Shown piece after piece: positions 9,134 through 17,085 of a stretch of 64,000 nucleotides of DNA; position 1 is the first letter of the stretch, and the number at the start of each line of letters is the position of its first letter. The notes under the pieces were generated by a model, which ran no database searches, was not told where the DNA came from, and worked only from the letters and a program-made list of their open reading frames with translations. Position numbers and translations under genes: made by a program. The stretch is from Burkholderiales bacterium (GTDB lineage Bacteria > Pseudomonadota > Gammaproteobacteria > Burkholderiales > JACQAP01), in the NCBI GenBank assembly GCA_046155535.1, contig JBJXFN010000155.1, positions 635 through 64,634 of the forward strand, given 5' to 3'.

Positions 9134-9790
9134 TCAGTTGTTCTGGGGGGCTTGCGTTGCATTCGCTGGCCGGCGCCAGACGCTCGCCAGCCAGGACTGC
9201 TGTGCGAAAGGCAGTCCCGCTGGCCGGTAATAGTGTTCGAGTTCGACAAATTCCGCGGCGCGCAGAAAACCGCGCCAGTTGTCGAGATGGTGGTACACGC
9301 CGTAACGCCCGCGGTGCCAGCCTTCCTGATTCTCACCCCGGGGATTGGAAGCGAACAACACTCCACCCGGTTTGAGCGTAGAGAACAACTGGCGCAGCAC
9401 CTTGGGCAACTGCGCGCTGGGCACGTGGAACAGCGAGGCATTTGCGAAAACGCCGTCGAACCGGGCGACCGGCAGATCTAGCGCCAGAAAATCCTGCTCC
9501 CATACTTCGCACCCGCTGTGGGCGCGCGCCATAGCGGCCAGGCGCGGTGCGCCTTCAATGCCCACGGCTGCATGGCCCAACAGGCAAAAAGTCTTCAGAT
9601 CGCGTCCGGGCCCGCAGCCAAAATCGAGCAACGAGTACGGCGGTTGCCCCTGAATCTGCCGCAACAAGGCGGCAATGTTCTGCGAGACGTCGTGATCACG
9701 CGTGCCCTCCCAGAATGACTCGGCGCTGCGGTTGTAATGTTCCAGCGTCGCGTCGGAAGTGTCGGGCAACGCCTCGGGCATCACCGACAT
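9134..9790 (-). CDS. class I SAM-dependent methyltransferase
   Basis: Motif I LLDFGCGPGRDL plus GGVLFAS. The start is set at ATG 9790 (MSVMPEAL...). The alternative ATG at 9844 would overlap the upstream gene by 8 nt. Confidence 0.75.
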   Translation of the reverse strand: MSVMPEALPDTSDATLEHYNRSAESFWEGTRDHDVSQNIAALLRQIQGQPPYSLLDFGCGPGRDLKTFCLLGHAAVGIEGAPRLAAMARAHSGCEVWEQDFLALDLPVARFDGVFANASLFHVPSAQLPKVLRQLFSTLKPGGVLFASNPRGENQEGWHRGRYGVYHHLDNWRGFLRAAEFVELEHYYRPAGLPFAQQSWLASVWRRPANATQAPQNN

Positions 9791-9836
9791 GCCGGATTCT
9801 CCGGGGAATGCATCTGCGCTGGCGATTCCCCGCATC

Positions 9837-10436
9837 TCACGCAATCACTCCAGCGTCCAGGCCCCGCCACAGGTACATCGCAAGATAAGAGCGATACGGT
9901 GCCGCGAGGGCCGGATCTATGCGCAGTTTCTTCAGGCGCCGCTTGCCTTCCAGGCAGCGCAGCGCCCGTTGAATACTGCCATCGGCATGCGGAAACACGT
10001 CCTCGTGGCCGACATAAAACAAGGCGACAATCGATGCGGTCCAGGCGCCCATGCCCTTGTAAGCGCCAATCTGCGCCGCCAGTTCCGCAGCGGACAACGC
10101 GAACCAGTGATCCAGCGCACCCGGATCGGCTCCCACTTGTTTGCCGAATTCGCAGATCGTGCGCGCCTTCGATCCGCTCAACCCGCAAGACCGCAGACTT
10201 TCGAAATCCAGTTGCCAAGCACCAGGGAGCCCTAGTTCCGCGGTGCGCAGGCGCACCCGTTCGTAAATCGACTGCGCTGCCTTCGAAGACAACATCTGCC
10301 CTGTCACCACACGTACTACCGCCTCGGGCAATGGCATGTCGCGTCGCCGCAGAGTCGGGACCGTGGCGATCCGGCCCAGCACTTGCGCGTGCTGCGGATA
10401 GCGCGACTGCAGGAAACGTTTGATGCGAAGACTCAT
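9837..10436 (-). CDS. HhH-GPD superfamily DNA glycosylase (AlkA / 3-methyladenine glycosylase II-like)
   Basis: 199 aa. It has an HhH element (LSGSKARTICEF, YKGMGAWTASIVALF) followed by the catalytic-Asp region FPHADGSIQRAL. Confidence 0.8.
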   Translation of the reverse strand: MSLRIKRFLQSRYPQHAQVLGRIATVPTLRRRDMPLPEAVVRVVTGQMLSSKAAQSIYERVRLRTAELGLPGAWQLDFESLRSCGLSGSKARTICEFGKQVGADPGALDHWFALSAAELAAQIGAYKGMGAWTASIVALFYVGHEDVFPHADGSIQRALRCLEGKRRLKKLRIDPALAAPYRSYLAMYLWRGLDAGVIA

Positions 10437-10490
10437 GGCGCGCAGTATCCGCGCAATCGACCGACAAATTCAATCGCCTTGCCAATCCGG

Positions 10491-10523
10491 CGCAACAAGA
10501 AAACGGGCACCCGAAGGTGCCCG
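10491..10523 (-). terminator. intrinsic terminator after the wHTH gene
   Basis: On the minus strand CGGGCACC-TTCG-GGTGCCCG (8-bp stem, 10504-10523) is followed by TTTTCTTGTTGCG. It lies 76 nt downstream of the 10599 stop. Confidence 0.55.
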
Positions 10524-10598
10524 CTTGTTTCGATCTGCGCAGATTGGATTGCGAAAACGTCCCGGAGAACCGGCCATCGCACAAGTCACGCTGATGTC

Positions 10599-10886
10599 TT
10601 ACGCAATATTCGTTTCCACATTGTTGTTATTGTTCGCGCCTCGTTTTGCGCCGGGCTTGGGGCCGGTGGCGCGAGGCGGCACATAGGCAGACAGCCTGCA
10701 ACTGACGCCTTCCACCGGCTTGCCGTTGTTAAACCGGGTCACCTGGCAACAAATCACTTCCCCTGCGCTCGAGAGCTGGGCAATGTGGCTCAAAACCTGT
10801 GCCTTGGTCATGTGCAATGCCTTGGCAATATCGGCGTCCATTTGTTCGCCGTTGGTTCTCAAATGCTGAAGAATGGTGGTTCTCAT
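10599..10886 (-). CDS. small winged-helix DNA-binding-like protein
   Basis: 95 aa. MRTTILQHLRTNGEQMDADIAKALHMTKAQVLSHIAQLSSAGEV resembles a wHTH. The basic tail contains an N5 run. Confidence 0.55.
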   Translation of the reverse strand: MRTTILQHLRTNGEQMDADIAKALHMTKAQVLSHIAQLSSAGEVICCQVTRFNNGKPVEGVSCRLSAYVPPRATGPKPGAKRGANNNNNVETNIA

Positions 10887-11068
10887 CTGGATGGTCGCTG
10901 CGAGGCGCTCGATTGGGGGGAGCGAAGTTTAGGCTACCGGGGCATTCCGGGCAAGGACGACACTGCCGGCACGCCGGAAAATAGGGCTATTTTCTTCATA
11001 ATTTTATGTACTTAGGAATTTTCCGCATTTCCTCCCGGCGCGTCCCTGCCGCGGCACCGACCTCTGAA

Positions 11069-12046
11069 ATGGCGAGGTCCTGGCGCGTCACTTTAGCCGT
11101 GCGGGTTCTCAGCGCGGCATCGATACTTGCCATCGCGCCGGCCTCGTCCCAAAACTTGCCGGAAGAAATCCATATTGTCATTGGCGTCACAGCCGGGAGC
11201 AGCTTGGACGCGCGCGGACGGGTGATTGCGGAAGCCTTGGGCCAGAGGATCCAGCGGCGGGTCATTGTCGAGAATCGTCCCGGCGCGGGCGGCACGCTTG
11301 CCGCGCTGGCGGTTGCAAAGTCCAAACCGGACGGCGCCACGCTGCTTTTCACCAACAACAGCCACGTGGTCAGTCCGCATGTTTATCCGGAGACCGGCTA
11401 CGATCCGATCCGGGATTTTGCCGCGGTTGGGCAAGGCTATGCCTCGGGAATGGTCCTGGTAGCCCATCCGGACTTGCAGGTCACTTCCGTCAGGAGTCTG
11501 GTTGCCAGGCTACGCGAAGCGCCGCAGCCAACAAGTTACGCATCGAGCGGCACCGGCGGCCTGCCACATCTGGCGATGGAATTATTCCGGGAACACGCCG
11601 GTCTCGAATTGCTCCATATTCCCTACCGGGGCGACGGACAGGCACTGACCGATGTGCTGGCCGGGCGCGTGCCGCTGATGATGAGCGGTCACGTCGTGGT
11701 CATGCCACATGTGCGGGCAGGCAAACTGCGGGCGCTCGCGGTGACCAGCCGGCAACGCGCGGAAATATTTCCTGATGTGCCGACCCTCCGGGAAGCGGGG
11801 TATCCCGAATATTCACTCGATGTGTGGACCGGTTTTTTCGCACCGGCCGCCACCCCGACAGCGGTGATCGACAAATTGAACTCCGAAATTGCCGCAGCCA
11901 TCGCCACTCCCACAGTGCTGGCCCAATATGCCGCCACCGGCGCACAGGCCGTGGAGATTTCGCCGGCAAAGTTTTCGGCGTTTGTCCGGGAGGAGTGGGA
12001 GCGCTACCGCGGAATGGTCCGCAAGCTGCGGCTGAAAGCCGAATAA
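11069..12046 (+). CDS. Bug-family (TctC-like) tripartite tricarboxylate transporter substrate-binding protein
   Basis: The start at ATG 11069 gives the signal peptide MARSWRVTLAVRVLSAASILAIAPASS. The body (VENRPGAGG...NNSHVVSPHVY...YASSGTGGLPHLAMELF...IPYRGDGQALTDVLAGRV) is typical of Bordetella uptake gene family proteins. Confidence 0.85.
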   Translation: MARSWRVTLAVRVLSAASILAIAPASSQNLPEEIHIVIGVTAGSSLDARGRVIAEALGQRIQRRVIVENRPGAGGTLAALAVAKSKPDGATLLFTNNSHVVSPHVYPETGYDPIRDFAAVGQGYASGMVLVAHPDLQVTSVRSLVARLREAPQPTSYASSGTGGLPHLAMELFREHAGLELLHIPYRGDGQALTDVLAGRVPLMMSGHVVVMPHVRAGKLRALAVTSRQRAEIFPDVPTLREAGYPEYSLDVWTGFFAPAATPTAVIDKLNSEIAAAIATPTVLAQYAATGAQAVEISPAKFSAFVREEWERYRGMVRKLRLKAE

Positions 12047-12195
12047 CAAAGATGGCCGTTCGGCCGGTCTGCACGTCGCAAAGCAACGACAGATTGCATC
12101 GACTTCCCGGCTTGTATGGCGTCTGTCTTGCTTGACGAATGTGCGACCGCGCCGGATCATCATCGACTACAAAACTCTCATGGAGCATCTCCCTC

Positions 12196-12531
12196 ATGCA
12201 GATCAAATCTCTTCTGACCGCAGCAGTGGCCATGGCGTGGATTGTCCCGGGTTGCTTCGCCAATGCGGCGATTGAACACGAGCAAGGCGCAGGCGCGATA
12301 TACACCCTGCAGGCAGCAACCGAGGAATCCCCGGACGCACAACCTGCCGAAATGGGCGCGCCCGAAACAGAGCAAGAGGCCATGACCGGGACCGAGAAAG
12401 AGGCCGCGGTCCAAACCGCGATGCCGGTTCGCAGCACCCGGCCGCGCAACTACTCCCACAAAGACGCCCGGGCCTGTCTGGATGCGGGAGACAACGCGGC
12501 GATCATCCGTTGCGCGGAAAAATACCGCTGA
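12196..12531 (+). CDS. secreted hypothetical protein
   Basis: ATG at 12196 (MQIKSLLTAAVAMAWIVPGCFANA signal peptide), then an acidic low-complexity middle and a C-terminal Cys pair. I recognise no family. Confidence 0.5.
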   Translation: MQIKSLLTAAVAMAWIVPGCFANAAIEHEQGAGAIYTLQAATEESPDAQPAEMGAPETEQEAMTGTEKEAAVQTAMPVRSTRPRNYSHKDARACLDAGDNAAIIRCAEKYR

Positions 12532-13237
12532 TCCACGGGTGCCGGAAGGAAAGAGGGCTGCGGGTCCACCAACAGGGACTTCAAAGTAAAAGCCGCCGCT
12601 GAATTTTCCCCGGCGGCCAGGTTCCCGACCGGGACGTCACGCGGACCCCGCGCATCGCCCGCGCCATTACAACACTCGACATCAGCGGTCAACGACGCGC
12701 CGGCAAACTGAAGCATCCAAGCGGTTTTTGAAGTGGAGGGCTTTCTGCGCAATGCGAAAGTCCACCTCAATCGCCTGCAAGCCGCCCGGGACGCCAGGGA
12801 CCTGGCGGGCATCCGCAAATGCACCACGCTGGAAGAATAAATTGCCAGCGTTCGCTTTACCGGCTCCATCCGGGAAAACAGCGGCAGCTCGGCGCCGTTC
12901 GAGGAAGTCTGGAATCTGGCCAAACCGGTAGTCGGCAAGGGTGGCTGGTTGCTGGCAGGGATCCAACAAACGCATTGATCCCGGGCGAGGTCAGCGCAAC
13001 GCGCTGACCTCGCTGTGCATCTTCTCTTCACGCCGATCCGCTCCGGACCGGCGCTCCAAAAATAGAAATTCGGCCTCGCGGCAGATCGATTGCCATTGGC
13101 CCGACAAATGCTTTGAGAAAACCCGCCACGCTTGAAGAAAAAGCGGATTTGCGCTCCATGCCTGGCGAACAGGGACTTTATTCGGCAGCGCGTCCCCAAC
13201 TGACCACCCGATCATTTGCGATACCCAGACAGGGCTG

Positions 13238-13690
13238 ATGCGCCAGCCCGGTATCCCAATCCACCCGTTCGTCGCGCATGCTGCACAGGGAATATCGGCC
13301 TTGAGACGAATATTGTCGATCTGGTTTCTGGTGTGGCCGTTTCTCGCATGCGGACAGGACATGTCCACGATGGAAGCGGAACGGAAAAAACTTGCTTGGC
13401 AGATTGGCCCCACTGATGCCCGGATCGGGGACAAAACGACGATAAATGTCCCGGCAGGCCATATGTTTCTGGACGAGAAGAATACCCGCCGTTTCCTGGA
13501 ATGGATGGGCAATTCCCCCCAGGAGGGCCTCTACCTTCTGGCCCCCGGCACGCCGGAAGGGTTGTCGGCGTTTTCCTGGAATTCGTCCGGATACGTGAAG
13601 GACGAGGAAGCAATCGAAGAGTCAGGCACCCGGCGCGGCGCGCGGGCAGCGCAATCATGGGCTGCAACGCATGGAATCGTGACGCTATGA
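13238..13690 (+). pseudogene. truncated DUF2167-like membrane-anchored protein (N-terminal ~125 aa only)
   Basis: WQIGPTDARIGDKTTINVPAGHMFLDEKNTRRFLEWMGNSPQEG...GYVKDEE matches the N-terminal half of DUF2167 proteins as I recall them (about 300 aa in full length). The similarity ends after GYVKDEE and the ORF stops at 13690, overlapping the next gene's start. Confidence 0.45.
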
Positions 13691-14043
13691 CGTCCACGGA
13701 ACTTCTGGTCACCCTCGGCGGGCTGTATGTCGGCTACTGGGTCGTGGCGAAGCTGTTTGCCGGCAAGCCGCAGTTGCATACTGCCGCAGGCACACATGCC
13801 AATCGCCCGAACGCAGAGCGGGACACGGAACCGGCATCCCCTGCCTGGTTCACGGTCTTGAATGTACCGCCCTCGGCCACACCGGACGAGATCCGCCAGT
13901 CCTACCGCACACTGGTCAGCCAGTATCACCCGGACAAAGTCGCCACCCTCGGCGCAGAACTCAAGGCCGTTGCGGAACGCAAGTCCAAAGAAATCAACGT
14001 TGCCTACGAAGAAGCCAAACGCGTGCGCGGGGATATTCTCTGA
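13687..14043 (+). CDS. membrane-anchored J-domain protein (DjlA-like C-terminus)
   Basis: ATG at 13687. There is an N-terminal TM segment (LLVTLGGLYVGYWVVAKLF) and a J domain with the HPD motif (WFTVLNVPPSATPDEIRQSYRTLVSQYHPDKV). Confidence 0.75.
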   Translation: MTSTELLVTLGGLYVGYWVVAKLFAGKPQLHTAAGTHANRPNAERDTEPASPAWFTVLNVPPSATPDEIRQSYRTLVSQYHPDKVATLGAELKAVAERKSKEINVAYEEAKRVRGDIL

Positions 14044-14142
14044 AGATTCTGGCCGCGCTGTCTACCGCCGGCTAGCTGGGGCAATTTCTCACCACAGGCA
14101 GATCACCCTGCTGATTTCGGCAGCGTAGTGCGTGGCTGCCAG

Positions 14143-14439
14143 TCAGGCCGGCAGCGCGCCGATCAGCTTGCCGAAATTCAAATTGCAGGAACTGCCGTCG
14201 CGGAACGCCAGTTGCACTCCGGCGGCGAGGAAAAGGTACTTCGTCACGCCGGCTGCGAATTCCTGCGCCATCGAAACAGCGGCGCCATTCACTACCGGTC
14301 TGGGATCACCCGTGATCGCCTGAAACAAAAAATCGCTCGCGTCGGTGAACAGGATTTTGACTTCCGACGTGGCCTCTGACCTCTCGGTTTTCGCGATGGA
14401 GCTTTGAAATCGAGTGGCCATGGAAAGCGGTTTTTTCAT
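14143..14439 (-). CDS. hypothetical protein
   Basis: 98-aa ORF in a gap between convergent and divergent neighbours. The composition looks protein-like, but I recognise no motif. Confidence 0.4.
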   Translation of the reverse strand: MKKPLSMATRFQSSIAKTERSEATSEVKILFTDASDFLFQAITGDPRPVVNGAAVSMAQEFAAGVTKYLFLAAGVQLAFRDGSSCNLNFGKLIGALPA

Positions 14440-14609
14440 GAGGAATCCAGTTCAAGGGCGACCGGTGTATGGGGAAAGGATTATTTGCCGCCGACATCCG
14501 GCGTAAAAAAGTCGGCAGCATCCGGTCCGCTTAACGGATTGTTTCGCCTGGCAGGGTGAAGATGTGTTTCTCGAAAGCCAACGTATGTGACTATTCGTCG
14601 CGTAGCATA

Positions 14610-15410
14610 TCAGCCTATGCGCACCAGCGCCCCGCCGTCCACCGGTAATGCCACACCCGTAATGAAGTTCGCTTCGTCTGAGCTGAGAAACAACGCTGCA
14701 TTGGCCACATCCCATGCGGTCCCCATTTTCCCGCGCAGAGGCACTTTCGCATCGCGCTCGGCGGCAATGGCCTCGCGGCTCTTGCCGCAGGCTTGCGCAC
14801 GTGTATCCACCGCCATGGGCGTATTCATCAATCCCGGCAGGATTACATTTGCGCGAATGCCGTAGGCGGCATTTTGCAGGGCGAGTTGTTGCGTGAACGC
14901 AATCATCGCAGCCTTGGTCGCTTTGTAAACCACCAGCGGGTAATCAATCCACGCAGCAATCGAGGACACGCTGAGGATGACGCCACTTCCCTGCTTGCGC
15001 ATGATCGGAACGACGTGTTTGCAGGCCATGATGGTGCCGCGCAGGTTGATGGCGCTGACACGATCGAAAATTTCCTCCGTCAATTCCAGCAGCGGCGCGT
15101 CGCCCCCTGCAATGCTGACCCCGACGTTGTTGTGCAGGATGTCGATGCGCCCCCATTTTTCCTGTGCAAAACGCACCGCATCTAAGAGGGTGGATTCACG
15201 GGTCACATCAGCTTGAAAGGCGAAGCACTCCGCGCCCTCTTTCCTGGACAGGTCAGCGGTTTGTTCCGCAGAGTCGAGATTCCGGTCCACGGCCAGAATT
15301 TTCGCACCTTCCCGGGCAAAACGAATCGCAGTGGCACGGCCGTTGCCGATACCTTCGCCCGGGCGTTGCCCGGCACCGACGATGATGGCTACTTTCCCTT
15401 CAAGTCGCAT
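14610..15410 (-). CDS. SDR-family oxidoreductase
   Basis: Rossmann motif VAIIVGAGQRPGEGIG, NNVG, and the catalytic YKATKAA (YxxxK). Confidence 0.9.
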   Translation of the reverse strand: MRLEGKVAIIVGAGQRPGEGIGNGRATAIRFAREGAKILAVDRNLDSAEQTADLSRKEGAECFAFQADVTRESTLLDAVRFAQEKWGRIDILHNNVGVSIAGGDAPLLELTEEIFDRVSAINLRGTIMACKHVVPIMRKQGSGVILSVSSIAAWIDYPLVVYKATKAAMIAFTQQLALQNAAYGIRANVILPGLMNTPMAVDTRAQACGKSREAIAAERDAKVPLRGKMGTAWDVANAALFLSSDEANFITGVALPVDGGALVRIG

Positions 15411-15491
15411 GACCTTTCCACGCTTGAATACTGGCGCGAGGCACTGGGCGCCACAGGTTGAATCCCTTCACCCATAACACCGTCTCCGCGA

Positions 15492-16502
15492 TCAGCCCTT
15501 GGCGTTTTTCACCACCGTTTCCACACCCGACTTCGCCCGTTCGAGCACGGTCATCGCACTGGCGATGAAACTCGCGGCGTCGTTCAGGTTCGAGGGGATA
15601 ATCAGGGTATTGCCGGTTTTGGCAAGTTCCTTGAACGCGGCGACGTAGAGTTCCGCAACTTTCAGGTTGGCCGCGCTCAAACCTTCGGCCGTGCCGATAG
15701 CATGGCCCACCACGCGCACCGCTTCGGCCTGCGCTTCCGCGATCATCTTGATGGCGCCGGCCTCGCCTGCCGCCTTGTTGATTTGCGCGGTCTTGTCGCC
15801 TTCGGAAGAGAGGATCTTGGCCTGTTTCTCGCCATCGGCGAGATTGATCTCTTCCTGGCGCTGGCCTTCGGATTTTGCAATCAAAGCGCGTTTTTCACGC
15901 TCCGCCGTGATCTGCGCCTGCATGGATCGCAGGATCGCCTCGGGCGGGGTCAGGTTCTTGATTTCGTAACGCAGCACCTTCACTCCCCAAGTGCGACCGG
16001 CTTCGTCAAGCACGGAGACCACCTGGCGGTTCATTTCATCGCGGCTCTCGAAGGTCTTGTCGAGTTCCATCTTGCCGACCTCGCTACGCAGCGTGGTCTG
16101 GGCAAGCTGGGTGATTGCCAGCACGTAGTCCGAGGTCCCGTAGCTCGCGAGTTTGGGATCGGTGACCTGAAAATAAATGATGCCGTCCACCGAAAGCTGG
16201 GTGTTGTCGCGGGTGATACAGGTCTGTTCTGGCACATCGAGCGGTACCTCCTTCAGGGAATGGCGGTAGGCCACCTGATCAACGAAGGGCACAATGATGT
16301 TCAGACCCGGCTCCAGGGTTGCGTGAAACTTTCCAAGGCGCTCCACCACCCAGGCGTTCTGTTGCGGCACCACGCGAACACCTTCGATGATGAAGACGAC
16401 TGCCAGCGCCAGAATGAAAAATGGCACCGCATAACCCTGGGTCGGCGGGTAGGAGAACATGAAGCCCGAAAGAATGGCTACAACAATGAATTTGACGAAC
16501 AT
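15492..16502 (-). CDS. SPFH/Band-7 (stomatin/paraslipin-like) membrane protein
   Basis: The ATG at 16502 is preceded by AGAGGGGGA. An N-terminal TM segment is followed by an SPFH core (VPQQNAWVVERLGKFH...IIYFQVTDP...LRSEVGKMELDKTF) and a coiled-coil A/E/Q-rich C-terminus. Confidence 0.9.
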   Translation of the reverse strand: MFVKFIVVAILSGFMFSYPPTQGYAVPFFILALAVVFIIEGVRVVPQQNAWVVERLGKFHATLEPGLNIIVPFVDQVAYRHSLKEVPLDVPEQTCITRDNTQLSVDGIIYFQVTDPKLASYGTSDYVLAITQLAQTTLRSEVGKMELDKTFESRDEMNRQVVSVLDEAGRTWGVKVLRYEIKNLTPPEAILRSMQAQITAEREKRALIAKSEGQRQEEINLADGEKQAKILSSEGDKTAQINKAAGEAGAIKMIAEAQAEAVRVVGHAIGTAEGLSAANLKVAELYVAAFKELAKTGNTLIIPSNLNDAASFIASAMTVLERAKSGVETVVKNAKG

Positions 16503-16563
16503 ATTTCCCCCTCTGTTGAGTTTGCGTGCTGGCGAACGGTTTTTCTTTCGTCGGGCCAAAGTT

Positions 16564-16992
16564 TCAACCGTTGCGACTGGACGAGACCTTTAAACGACTA
16601 CCTTCCACTGCATTGACGTAAAGCACAGCGCCCGGCTCCACAGGGTCGGTACCAAGGACCTCCGCATCCCAGTCGGCATCGCGATAGCGCACGCGTGCGA
16701 TCCGTTGTGCCTGGCTGATCCAGGCGGTGTGTACTACGGTCTGTCCTCGATCCATCTGGTTTTCTGGTTCCTGACCGGGCGAAGATTTTTTGCGTTTCAA
16801 GAGCAGGATAGTGCCCGTCACGGCGGCCCCTGACGCCGCCAGGGCCTGGGCCCAGAACTCGCCGCCCTGCCAAGCCACCAGGGAACCGATCCCCGCTGCA
16901 ATACCGAGAATCAGCAGAAAGAAAGTGCCGGTCAGCAATTCGACAATGACCAGCACCAGTGCCGCCAACAACCAACCGAGTTCCATGGACAT
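16564..16992 (-). CDS. NfeD-family membrane protein
   Basis: 142 aa with hydrophobic N-terminal helices plus a C-terminal OB-like soluble domain. It sits immediately upstream of the SPFH gene, which is the canonical NfeD-SPFH pair. Confidence 0.85.
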   Translation of the reverse strand: MSMELGWLLAALVLVIVELLTGTFFLLILGIAAGIGSLVAWQGGEFWAQALAASGAAVTGTILLLKRKKSSPGQEPENQMDRGQTVVHTAWISQAQRIARVRYRDADWDAEVLGTDPVEPGAVLYVNAVEGSRLKVSSSRNG

Positions 16993-17085
16993 CGTAAGGC
17001 CTCCGTGACGGATTAACTGCGCTACTTTTGCGCATCTTCAATTGGGGCAACAAGGCGACCTGACCGCCGCCCCTTTGCGCGCGGA

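Noticed and set aside
8269-9441. 390-aa version of the LOG-family ORF
   Set aside because: The first ~114 residues are C/R/P/T-rich, overlap the methyltransferase gene's 3' region, and have no counterpart in LOG/PpnN proteins. The ATG at 9096 gives a conventional N-terminus.
12450-13199. 249-aa minus-strand ORF
   Set aside because: Its R/C/S-rich composition is unlike that of other proteins in the window, it has no motif, and it overlaps the 3' end of the 12196..12531 gene. It is treated as non-coding within a decayed region.
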